Origin: Dehalococcoidia bacterium
GTDB taxonomy: Bacteria > Chloroflexota > Dehalococcoidia > Lucifugimonadales > Australimonadaceae
NCBI GenBank assembly: GCA_965206315.1
Contig: OZ242210.1
Location: forward strand, 2,343,560-2,407,559
Direction of reading: 5' to 3'
Length of the DNA: 64,000 nt
Below, in pieces: positions 32,783 through 41,152 of this stretch. The notes beneath the pieces were generated by a model. That model made no database searches. It had not been told where the DNA came from and saw only the letters and a program-made list of their open reading frames with translations. The stretch's first letter is position 1, and each line of letters opens with the position of its first letter. The position numbers and the translations under genes are program-made.

Positions 32783-34018
32783 ATGCTGACGCCTGACCAG
32801 AACGATCTGCTCGCCAGGGTGGGGCCCGGTACGCCTATGGGGCGGCTGATGCGCCGCTACTGGCATCCGGTGGCCGCCGTCGGGGAGTTGGACGACAACC
32901 CGGTCAAGCCGATCCGCCTGATGGGCGAGGACCTCGTGCTGTTCAAGGACGTGTCCGGGGAGTACGGACTGCTGGAGCGTCACTGCCCGCATCGCCGCGC
33001 CGACCTCTCGTACGGGTGGGTGGAGGAGGACGGCGGTCTGCGGTGCAGCTATCACGGGTGGCTGTTCGATACGTCGGGACGCTGCATCGGGCAGCCGTTC
33101 GAGCAGATCGCGCACCCCGAGGCGAACTTCAAGGACAAAGTGCGGGCCACGGCGTACCACGTGCAGCCCAAGGCCGGACTGCTGTGGGCGTACATCGGCG
33201 AAGAACCGGTGCCGCAGCTGTGGGACTGGGACCGTTACCACGACCGGGGCTTCAAACAGGTGGTCTTTTCGGAGGTCCCGTGCAACTGGCTGCAGTGCCA
33301 GGAGAACTCGATAGACCCGGTGCACTTCGAGTGGCTGCACTCGAACCAGTCGCTCCGCCTCCAAGGCGACCCCGACTACTCGCCGACGCACACGCGGGTC
33401 GGGTTCGAGGAGTTCGAGTTCGGCATCCGCTATCTGCGTATCCGCTCGGACACGGACGAGGAGAATGACCTGTGGAAGGTGGGCCGTGTCTGTCTCTGGC
33501 CGAACGCGCTCTACACGGGCCACTTCGAATGGCGGGTGCCGGTAGACGACGAGCACACGCTGAGCGTCGGGTGGTTCATCGACCCGATCCCCGGGGAGCA
33601 GCCGTTCGAGCAGGAGCGCATCCCGTACTGGCACTCGCCCATCGTGGACAAGGAGACCGGCCGCTGGATATCCAGCCACATCATGAACCAGGACTTCATT
33701 GCGTGGGTGGGGCAGGGCAACGTGTCCGACCGGTGGAACGAGCACCTGGGTGAGAGCGACCGTGGGGTCATCATGCTGCGCAAGCGGTTCATGGACGACC
33801 TGGCCGTGATTGAGGACGGGGGCGATCCGAAGGGGGTGTTGCGGGACGCGTCGCGCAACGACAAGTTGCCGCTGCCGCGCGCCAATGTCCGGACCGGGCT
33901 GTACGAGCAGACGAAGTATCCGCCGGTCTTTCCGTTCCTGGTGGACCAGCCGGAGGCGGTCAATGCGGAGTACCACGCGGCGTGGGTGGAATACGGCGGC
34001 GAGTTGCCTTCGAAATGA
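32783..34018 (+). CDS. Rieske non-heme-iron oxygenase alpha subunit (paralogue 5; tandem duplicate of paralogue 4)
   Basis: Same motifs as paralogue 4. Collinear along the full length, with most residues identical by eye. Confidence 0.85.
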   Translation: MLTPDQNDLLARVGPGTPMGRLMRRYWHPVAAVGELDDNPVKPIRLMGEDLVLFKDVSGEYGLLERHCPHRRADLSYGWVEEDGGLRCSYHGWLFDTSGRCIGQPFEQIAHPEANFKDKVRATAYHVQPKAGLLWAYIGEEPVPQLWDWDRYHDRGFKQVVFSEVPCNWLQCQENSIDPVHFEWLHSNQSLRLQGDPDYSPTHTRVGFEEFEFGIRYLRIRSDTDEENDLWKVGRVCLWPNALYTGHFEWRVPVDDEHTLSVGWFIDPIPGEQPFEQERIPYWHSPIVDKETGRWISSHIMNQDFIAWVGQGNVSDRWNEHLGESDRGVIMLRKRFMDDLAVIEDGGDPKGVLRDASRNDKLPLPRANVRTGLYEQTKYPPVFPFLVDQPEAVNAEYHAAWVEYGGELPSK

Positions 34019-34116
34019 CGACAGACCGCGCAAACTGTGGAGCCATCGGCTGTACGGTTTGACAAGCATGGAATTACCGTTAGACTGTGCGTCACAGTTA
34101 CTGTGGAGATGTATCG

Positions 34117-34443
34117 ATGAAGAACATCACTGTGGCTGTAGACGACGAAACATACCGCTCCGCGCGCGTCCGAGCGGCGGAATTGGACACGACCGTGTCG
34201 GCGCTGGTCCGCGAGTATCTGCGATTACTTTCGGTAAGACATGAAGAGGAATCGCACGCGGAAACAGTGGTTGAACGGCGCCACAGGCTGCTGCGGGAAG
34301 TGGTCGCAGACTTCGATGCGCGCGGGATAGCGCTGCGCGTTGCCGACAGCCTTTCCCGCGAGGAGTTGCTGGACCGTGCAGCCGCCCGGATCGACGCCGA
34401 AGCGAAACGCCGCAGCGTGAAGAATCGCAGGCTGCGTTCTTAA
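34117..34443 (+). CDS. ribbon-helix-helix (CopG/VapB-like) antitoxin homologue, solitary
   Basis: MKNITVAVDDETYRSARVRAAELDTTVSALVREYL is an RHH motif. It is a clear paralogue of 51937..52233 (shared DFDARG motif), but no toxin gene follows. Confidence 0.6.
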   Translation: MKNITVAVDDETYRSARVRAAELDTTVSALVREYLRLLSVRHEEESHAETVVERRHRLLREVVADFDARGIALRVADSLSREELLDRAAARIDAEAKRRSVKNRRLRS

Positions 34444-34555
34444 CGAACGGTTCACACTCCGTTAACGTCCCTGCCTCTCATCACGTGGTTCGATAAAGAC
34501 GCGATGGGCTGGCGCGCCTCGCAGACCGAATACTCCTCACGAGGTAGGGTCTGAC

Positions 34556-34765
34556 ATGGCATCGAACGAGGAAGAGACGCTGCAGGAGCGGCTGGAGAAA
34601 GAGGCCGCCGAGATCGTGCGGGAGTTCGCGGGCAGGGTGGAGGAGGAAGAGGTGCACCGTACGCTCTATGCGTCGGCGGAGCGGTTCGCGGACGCCCGGG
34701 TCAAGGACTTCGTGCCGCTGCTGGCAGGCATCGCCACTCGCCAGACGCTGCGCGGCGAGGAGTAA
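34556..34765 (+). CDS. small acidic three-helix-bundle-type protein
   Basis: 69 aa. ...RVKDFVPLLAGIATRQTLRGE resembles the conserved C-terminal helix of small three-helix-bundle dimerisation-domain proteins. Recalled from memory only. Confidence 0.4.
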   Translation: MASNEEETLQERLEKEAAEIVREFAGRVEEEEVHRTLYASAERFADARVKDFVPLLAGIATRQTLRGEE

Positions 34766-34772
34766 GGGGCAG

Positions 34773-34853
34773 CCCCCACCAGCGCGCTGAAGAGAGCGAC
34801 CCTCTCCCCGAGGGAGAGGTGGGCTGCGAGATTCCTGCCTGCGCGGGAACGAC
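34773..34853 (-). repeat. repeat modules D and B in inverted orientation
   Basis: 'cccccaccagcgcgctgaagagagcgaccctctccccgagggagagg' followed by 'attcctgcctgcgcgggaacgac'. Confidence 0.7.
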
Positions 34854-34922
34854 GGGAAGGGGCGGTTTGACCTGTCTGCGCTGAGGGCGTAGGTTGCCGT
34901 CAGCACACCCGAGAGAGGCAGG

Positions 34923-36212
34923 ATGGCTTCATCCGGCTCGGCCCAAAGTCCGCAGACCCCGAGAAACAACCTGGCGTACCTGCTGCTCACGCTGCACCTG
35001 CCCTCTATCTCCATGGGCCTGGGGCTCGGCCTCACCGTGCCCGTCATACCGCAGCTGGCCAAGGAGATGGGCGTCGACCTGGAAGGCGCGGCGCTCGTCT
35101 TCGTCTTTCAACTGCTCGGGACGTTCGCCGCGCCGCTGCCCACGGGGTTCCTCATCGACAGGCTCGGACGTCGGCGCGTGCTGCTCGCGGGACCCATCAT
35201 CACTGCGGTGGCCTCACTGCTCGTCGCCAAGGTGGCGCTGGAAGGCGCGGACGGTTCGTACGTCGAACTGCTGATCTACCGGTTCATCGCAGGGTGGGGC
35301 GAGCAGATGTGGATGATGAGCCGCATCACCGTCATCGCCGACACCGGCGCGACGAACCAGCGCGGCAAGCAGGTAACGCAGATGTTCGGGGTGCAGCAGA
35401 TCGGCAACCTCTCCGGCCCCGTCGTCGGCGGGTTCGCTGCGGTGCTGCTGGGGCTGTGGGCGCCGTTCGTCATGCACGCGGTCATCGTCCTCGTTGCGCT
35501 CATCCCCAGCTTCTATCTGCTGCGGGAGACCGCGCCGCCGGCCGGCCCGCGGCAGGCGGCCGCTTCCGGCGCTCCGGCGCGGGGGGTCTGGCGTCACATG
35601 ATGGCCGCACCGATCCCCGCCGTGTTTGTGGTGCAGTTCCTCGCGAACGTCACCCGCGGCGGCGTATTCGGCGGTGGCGTCATCGTGGTCTATGCCGCGT
35701 ACGCCTACGGGCTGGAGCCGGACGAACTCGGCGTGCTGCGGGGCGCGATGGCCGCCGTCGCCATCCCCATCGTCTTCACCGGCGGCTACGTGATGGACCG
35801 GTTCGGGCGGAAGTACACCATCGTTCCCGGCCTCATCCTCTCCGGGGCCTCGATGGTGTTCCTCGCCGCGATCGCCTATACGGAAGCCTCTTACGCATGG
35901 TTCGTTGCGGGCTTCATCGCCATACACATGTCCGCGAACATCATCTCCGGCAACATGCAGACGCTCGGGACGGACGTCGCGCCCGCGCAGGCGCGCGGCA
36001 AGTTTTTCGGCGTGTCCCGCACCGTGGCCCAGGGCGGGATGGTGCTCAGCCCGGCGAGTTTCGGCTGGCTCACGGCCATCTCTACGGCCACGGTGGGGTT
36101 CGGGTTCCTGGCCGCGACAGCCCTGGTTGGCGCCGTTATCGTGATATCGCTGATACCGGAAACGCTGCGGCGGGAAGAGCCCGCCCAGGCGGCGCCGTCA
36201 ACTACAACCTGA
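34923..36212 (+). CDS. MFS transporter
   Basis: About 12 predicted hydrophobic spans and the MFS loop motif GFLIDRLGRRRVLL. Confidence 0.8.
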   Translation: MASSGSAQSPQTPRNNLAYLLLTLHLPSISMGLGLGLTVPVIPQLAKEMGVDLEGAALVFVFQLLGTFAAPLPTGFLIDRLGRRRVLLAGPIITAVASLLVAKVALEGADGSYVELLIYRFIAGWGEQMWMMSRITVIADTGATNQRGKQVTQMFGVQQIGNLSGPVVGGFAAVLLGLWAPFVMHAVIVLVALIPSFYLLRETAPPAGPRQAAASGAPARGVWRHMMAAPIPAVFVVQFLANVTRGGVFGGGVIVVYAAYAYGLEPDELGVLRGAMAAVAIPIVFTGGYVMDRFGRKYTIVPGLILSGASMVFLAAIAYTEASYAWFVAGFIAIHMSANIISGNMQTLGTDVAPAQARGKFFGVSRTVAQGGMVLSPASFGWLTAISTATVGFGFLAATALVGAVIVISLIPETLRREEPAQAAPSTTT

Positions 36213-36225
36213 GGAGGAGAGCGCC

Positions 36226-37008
36226 GTGGACTACCTGGACGGGAACAACCGGCTGGTCACTGCGCCGGAGCCGCGCTGGATCACGAGCCCCAAGCGCCTG
36301 CGGGTGTTCTTCGGCGGCGAGGCTATTGTGGACTCCACTCGCGCGAACCTGTTCCGGGGCGGCGGCCCGCCGGTGTACTACTTCCCGAAGGACGACGTGC
36401 GGCAGGGCGCGCTCACAGCCACCGGGCGCACCGAGTCGAACGCGCGCGGGACGATGGAACTGTACGACGTGCGGGTGGGGGAGCGCTTCGCGGAGGGCGC
36501 CGCGTGGGAGTACACCGAGACGGCGAACGACGTGCCGTTCCTCGCGGGGATGCTCGCGTTCCGGTGGAACGAGATGGACGCCTGGTACGAGGAAGAGGAG
36601 GAGGTGTTCGTCCACGCGAAGGACCCGTTCAAGCGCATCGAGACGTTCAGGTCGGCGCGTCACGTCGAGGTGTATGCGGGAGGGGAGAAGGTCGCCGACA
36701 GCTCCTCGCCGGTCGTGCTGTTGGAGCCGGGCCACCCGCTGCGTTACTACCTGCCGAAGATGGACGTGCGAATGGACCTGCTGCTCCCCAGCGAGACGGT
36801 GAGCCGCTGCCCGTACAAGGGGAAGGCGGACTACTACTCCGTGGAGACGGGGAGCGGCTTGCTGGAAGACGCGGCGTGGTGCTACAAGTATCCCACCACG
36901 GAGACAGCCGGTGTGGCGGGACTGGTCTGTTTCTTCAACGAGCGTGTGGACGCCATCCACGTCGACGGAGAAGAATTGGAGAAGCCGGTGACCAACTGGC
37001 GGCGATAG
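36226..37008 (+). CDS. tandem DUF427-domain protein
   Basis: Two DUF427-like halves. The second carries the family motif CPYKGKADYYSV. The first has SNARGTMELYDV at the equivalent position. Confidence 0.65.
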   Translation: MDYLDGNNRLVTAPEPRWITSPKRLRVFFGGEAIVDSTRANLFRGGGPPVYYFPKDDVRQGALTATGRTESNARGTMELYDVRVGERFAEGAAWEYTETANDVPFLAGMLAFRWNEMDAWYEEEEEVFVHAKDPFKRIETFRSARHVEVYAGGEKVADSSSPVVLLEPGHPLRYYLPKMDVRMDLLLPSETVSRCPYKGKADYYSVETGSGLLEDAAWCYKYPTTETAGVAGLVCFFNERVDAIHVDGEELEKPVTNWRR

Positions 37009-37019
37009 GAGGAACGGAC

Positions 37020-37763
37020 ATGGCCGGAACCAGGAATGGCTACTCGGAAGCGGAATGGCAGGCGCGTGTCGACCTCGCGGCAGCGTACCGCCTTACCGAT
37101 CACTTCGGCATGACGACGCTGATCTACAACCACATCACCGCGCGCGTGCCCGGCACGGACGACCAGTTCCTCATCAACGAGTTCGGCCTCGGCTACGACG
37201 AGGTGAAGGCGTCCAACCTCGTCAGGATCGACCTGGACGGCAAGGTGCGGGAGGAGGACGACGACCACCGCATCAACATCGCCGGCTATGTCATCCACTC
37301 CGCCGTCCACGGCGCGCGGCACGACATCAACTGTGTGATGCACACGCACACGCCCTACGGCATGGCTGTCTCCGCGCTGGAGGAAGGACTGCTCCCGATG
37401 CAGCAGGACACGTACCGCTTCCACGAGCGCGTCGCCTACCATGAGTTCGAAGGGATAGCCGTCGACACCGATGAGTGCGAGCGGCTCGTGACCGACCTCG
37501 GCGACAAGAACGCGATGATCATGCGGAACCACGGGCTGCTCACGGCGGGCCGGACCGTCGCGGAGGCGTGGACGCTCATGTGGCAGCTCGAGCGCGCCTG
37601 CCAGGTGCAGGTGCTCGCGCAGTCGACGGGGCAGGCGGTCCACCAGGCCCCGCTGCCCGCCATCGAGAAGACCGCCGCGATGCTGGAGATGACGCACGGC
37701 TCGATGGAGTGGGAGTGGCTGCTGCGCGTGCTCGACCGGAAGGACACCTCGTACCGGGAGTAG
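37020..37763 (+). CDS. class II aldolase/adducin family protein
   Basis: 3' part of ORF 36504..37763, starting at MAGTRNGY. Carries CVMHTHTPYG and MRNHGLLTAGRT. Confidence 0.8.
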   Translation: MAGTRNGYSEAEWQARVDLAAAYRLTDHFGMTTLIYNHITARVPGTDDQFLINEFGLGYDEVKASNLVRIDLDGKVREEDDDHRINIAGYVIHSAVHGARHDINCVMHTHTPYGMAVSALEEGLLPMQQDTYRFHERVAYHEFEGIAVDTDECERLVTDLGDKNAMIMRNHGLLTAGRTVAEAWTLMWQLERACQVQVLAQSTGQAVHQAPLPAIEKTAAMLEMTHGSMEWEWLLRVLDRKDTSYRE

Positions 37764-37771
37764 AAGCTGGC

Positions 37772-38470
37772 TCAGGCGAGCAGGCTGAGCAGTTGCGCCG
37801 GGGTTTCGGCTACGAAGTCAGGGGTGGCGCGGGAGATCTGCTCGGTGGGGTCGTCGAGTCCCCACGTTGCGAGGCAACTCCAGCAGCCGCCGTTCTTCGC
37901 GACCTCGACGTCCGACCAGCTGTCGCCCACCACGAGGGTCCGGTCCGGGGTTGCGCCCATGCGGGCCATCAGGCGTTCCAGCCCTTCGGGATGGGGCTTG
38001 TGGTGGGTGACGTCCTCGAAGCCGACGATATACGGAAAGTGGCCGCCGATGCCAAGTTGCTCTGCCTCGACCACCGCACCGGCGCGCCGACCCTCGACCA
38101 GGATATCGTGCGATTTCGAGGTGAGCATGCCCAAGGTCATGCCACGCTCTTGCAGAGCGTCGAGCATCTCGCGCACGCCATCGAAGAGGTAGACGAAGCC
38201 GGGCCCCTTGCTCCAGTAGTGACGGAGGTAGACGCCCATGAGGTCCAGATTCCAGCCCCGGGCGTTGCTTATCTCATCGAGGGCCGGACGGAACGGGGAA
38301 CCGCGCATCGTCTCGACGAACTCCGTTGGGTCGTAAGGCAGCCCTACCTCTGCGAACGTCAAGCGCGCCGCCTCGACACGCGCGGGGAAGGTGTCCACCA
38401 ACGTGTCGTCGTAGTCGAAGACGACGGCGTCGATGGGCCCTTCGAGGGCAGAGGAAGCGGGATCTCGCAT
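37772..38470 (-). CDS. HAD-superfamily hydrolase (phosphoglycolate phosphatase-like)
   Basis: Motif I VVFDYDDTLVDT, motif II LTSK, and motif IV VVGDSWSDVEVA. Confidence 0.8.
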   Translation of the reverse strand: MRDPASSALEGPIDAVVFDYDDTLVDTFPARVEAARLTFAEVGLPYDPTEFVETMRGSPFRPALDEISNARGWNLDLMGVYLRHYWSKGPGFVYLFDGVREMLDALQERGMTLGMLTSKSHDILVEGRRAGAVVEAEQLGIGGHFPYIVGFEDVTHHKPHPEGLERLMARMGATPDRTLVVGDSWSDVEVAKNGGCWSCLATWGLDDPTEQISRATPDFVAETPAQLLSLLA

Positions 38471-38473
38471 GGA

Positions 38474-39544
38474 TCAGGCGCGTTCCAGGGCGTTGACGAT
38501 GGCGTCGCCGATGGCCTGGGTCGAGGCGGAGCCGCCGAGGTCCACGGGCATCGTTTCGCCGTCGCGCAGCACGCTCTCGACGGCGGCGTCGACGGCGTCC
38601 GCGGCCTCGGTCTCGCCGAGGTGGCGGAGCATCATCGCACCGGAGAAGACGGTCGCCATCGGGTTCGCGATGCCCTTGCCCGCGATGTCGGGAGCGCTGC
38701 CGTGCACCGGCTCGAACACGGAGGGGAACGCGCGCTCGGGGTTGATGTTGCCGCTCGGCGCGAGGCCCATGCTGCCCGTGATGATGGCCCCGATGTCGGT
38801 GAGCACGTCGCCGAACAGGTTGCTCGCGACGACCACGTCGAACGACTGCGGCCGGCGGATGAAGTTCATGCACGCGGCGTCGACGAGCAGCGACTCGGTC
38901 TCGATGTCCGGGTACTCGGTCGCGACCTGGTCGAAGACCTCGTCCCAGAGCACCATGCCGTAGCCCTGGGCGTTCGACTTGGTGATCGAGGCGACGCGCC
39001 GCTGCTTGTTCCGCGAGCGCGCCAGCTCGAACGAGTAGCGCACGACGCGCTCGATGCCGCGCCGCGTGAACACGGACGTCTGCACCGCGACCTCCTCCGG
39101 GAAGCCCTTGTACTGGAAGCCGCCCACGTTGGCGTACTCGCCCTCCGTGTTCTCCCGGATGACGATCATGTCGATGTCGCCGCTCTCCATTCCCCGCAGC
39201 GGCGACGTGACGCCGGGCAGCAGGATGCTGGGTCGCTGGCAGACGTACTGGTCGAAGCCGCGCCGCATCGGCAGCAGCAGGCCGTTCAGCGTGACGTGGT
39301 CCTGGATGTCCGGATGCCCCACCGCGCCGAAGAAGACGGCGTCGAACCCGCGCAGCGTGTCCAGCCCGTTCGCGTCCATCATCCTGCCGTGCTCGAAGTA
39401 GTAGTCGGAGCCCCACGGGAACTCGGTGTACGTGAACTCGACCCCGAACCTGCGGTGCGCCGCGCTCAGCACCTTGATGCCTTCTTCGATGACCTCCGGC
39501 CCGATGCCATCTCCGCGGATGACCGCTATCTCGTGCTTTCCCAT
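38474..39544 (-). CDS. isopropylmalate/tartrate/isocitrate dehydrogenase family oxidative decarboxylase
   Basis: Start at MGKHEIAVIRGDGIGPEV (M33 of the ORF). Carries NLFGDVLTDIGA and HGSAPDIAGKGIANP. Confidence 0.85.
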   Translation of the reverse strand: MGKHEIAVIRGDGIGPEVIEEGIKVLSAAHRRFGVEFTYTEFPWGSDYYFEHGRMMDANGLDTLRGFDAVFFGAVGHPDIQDHVTLNGLLLPMRRGFDQYVCQRPSILLPGVTSPLRGMESGDIDMIVIRENTEGEYANVGGFQYKGFPEEVAVQTSVFTRRGIERVVRYSFELARSRNKQRRVASITKSNAQGYGMVLWDEVFDQVATEYPDIETESLLVDAACMNFIRRPQSFDVVVASNLFGDVLTDIGAIITGSMGLAPSGNINPERAFPSVFEPVHGSAPDIAGKGIANPMATVFSGAMMLRHLGETEAADAVDAAVESVLRDGETMPVDLGGSASTQAIGDAIVNALERA

Positions 39545-39696
39545 GCGTGCGCCTGCCTCCGTTCGTGTGGGGTGGTGGGGATTCTCCCACGCTCCCGCCG
39601 TCCACGCTACAATTGCGACGGGGGTGAGGGTAAGAGCCATGAATCCGAAACTTCCCGTGCGTCGTAGTACCTCACGTAGAGAAAGAGTGCCGCGCT

Positions 39697-40299
39697 ATGG
39701 CGAGCGGTGAGAACGTGTCCCTCACTCTGACTGCCCAACCGGACGCCGTTCTGGCTTCTCGTGTTGCGGCCGGAGACGCGGGCTCGCTCGAAGAGCTCTA
39801 CAACCGCTACGGCGTGCAGGTGTTCAGCATGGCGTACGGGATACTCAGGGACTACGCACTTGCCGAGGACCTCGCTCAGGAGGTCTTCATGGCCCTCTGG
39901 ACGCGGGCAGGGCGGTTCGACGCAGCGAAGGGCGTCTTCCGGCACTGGTTCCTGCACCTGGCGCACAATCGCGTGATCGACGAGGTGCGCCGCAGGCGCC
40001 GCGCCACGTTGATGGACGCGGACAGGGCGCCGGAAGATGCGACGCTCGGACTCGTGTCCAACGGCGACACCGCCGACGAGGCGATCACCGCCGTGCTGGT
40101 CGGCGAGGCGCGCGAGGCCCTGCGCGCACTGCCGGAGGAGCAGCGGGTCGTCATCGTGATGGCGTACCTGGAAGGCGCGACACAACAGGAGATAGCGCAG
40201 CGCACGGGGACCCCCCTCGGGACCGTCAAGACGCGGCTGCGCTTGGGACTGGGCAAGTTGAGGCAGACGATGAATGCACCCGCACCGGAGGGAGCGTGA
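39697..40299 (+). CDS. ECF-type RNA polymerase sigma factor
   Basis: Region 2 (LAEDLAQEVFMALW...FRHWFLHLAHNRVIDEVRR) and region 4 HTH (GATQQEIAQRTGTPLGTVKTRLR). Confidence 0.85.
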   Translation: MASGENVSLTLTAQPDAVLASRVAAGDAGSLEELYNRYGVQVFSMAYGILRDYALAEDLAQEVFMALWTRAGRFDAAKGVFRHWFLHLAHNRVIDEVRRRRRATLMDADRAPEDATLGLVSNGDTADEAITAVLVGEAREALRALPEEQRVVIVMAYLEGATQQEIAQRTGTPLGTVKTRLRLGLGKLRQTMNAPAPEGA

Positions 40300-41150
40300 T
40301 GGCCGACGAGCCGGTGGGCCAGCCCGGCGACGAGATAGCAGACCTGCTGCCGGCCTACGCCCTCGGGGCGCTGGACGCGGCGGACGCGCTGGTCGTCGAA
40401 CGCGCCCTCGATCGCGAGCCACGCTACCGGGAGCTGCTCGAGCAGCACCTCGCGAGTGTTACCGCGCTCGCGGGCTCGCACACGTTCGCCGTTCCGAGCG
40501 CCGAGGTGCGCGAGCGGATCATGGGCCGCGTGCGCGCTTTCGAGGCCGCGCCGGTCGTGCGTCCCGCGCCGCGCGTGCCGTTCGCGCTGCTCGGCGTCGC
40601 CGCCGCGCTCGCCATGGCCGTCATAGGGCTGGGCGCCTTCTCCACCGTGCAGCAGCAGCGCGTGGTGCAGTTGGAAGGCGAGGTGGAAGTGATGACGGCA
40701 GAGGCGGAGGGCGTCCGCGACAACCTCATGGGCCTCACCGATCACGTCGCGGACAGCGTGGCCATGACAGCGCTCACGCCCGCGCAGCCTGTCGAGCAGA
40801 CCGAGGAGGCGCCGGAGGAGCGGGAGGTCCGCTATGGCGCTAGGCACGCCCGGGGCATCCTCATCACCCGGCCGGACGGCCAGAGCATGCTCGTCGTGAG
40901 AGGCCTCCGTGCGCTGGAGCCCGGCTTCATCTACCGGGCGTGGTGGTGGGACGAGGAGCACCAGACCAAGAGCGCGGCGGTGTTCACGGTGGCGGAGGAC
41001 GGCTACGCGTGGGTGCACCTGGGGTACGCGGGCGGCATGAGCAGGCTCGGCGTCAGCGTCGAATCGGAGATGGGCGCGGTCAAACCCGGCCCGCAGATCG
41101 TGCTGCACGGCCACGTCCACCTGGTGGAGGGCGGAGGGCCTGCGCAGTAG
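40296..41150 (+). CDS. anti-sigma factor (single-pass, RskA-like C-terminal domain)
   Basis: 4-nt overlap with the sigma gene. Has an N-terminal anti-sigma helix (LLPAYALGALD), one TM span (FALLGVAAALAMAVIGLGAF), and a C-terminal YRAWWWDE...FTV domain. Confidence 0.7.
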   Translation: MMADEPVGQPGDEIADLLPAYALGALDAADALVVERALDREPRYRELLEQHLASVTALAGSHTFAVPSAEVRERIMGRVRAFEAAPVVRPAPRVPFALLGVAAALAMAVIGLGAFSTVQQQRVVQLEGEVEVMTAEAEGVRDNLMGLTDHVADSVAMTALTPAQPVEQTEEAPEEREVRYGARHARGILITRPDGQSMLVVRGLRALEPGFIYRAWWWDEEHQTKSAAVFTVAEDGYAWVHLGYAGGMSRLGVSVESEMGAVKPGPQIVLHGHVHLVEGGGPAQ

Positions 41151-41152
41151 TG

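Noticed and set aside
31901-34069. 722-aa minus-strand ORF spanning the tandem Rieske genes
   Set aside because: Antisense to two strongly motif-supported genes. It even shows the internal duplication of its sense partners, as expected for a shadow ORF.
37475-39667. 730-aa plus-strand ORF
   Set aside because: Antisense to the HAD hydrolase and the isopropylmalate-dehydrogenase-family genes, both of which have clear catalytic motifs. No motifs are present in this frame.
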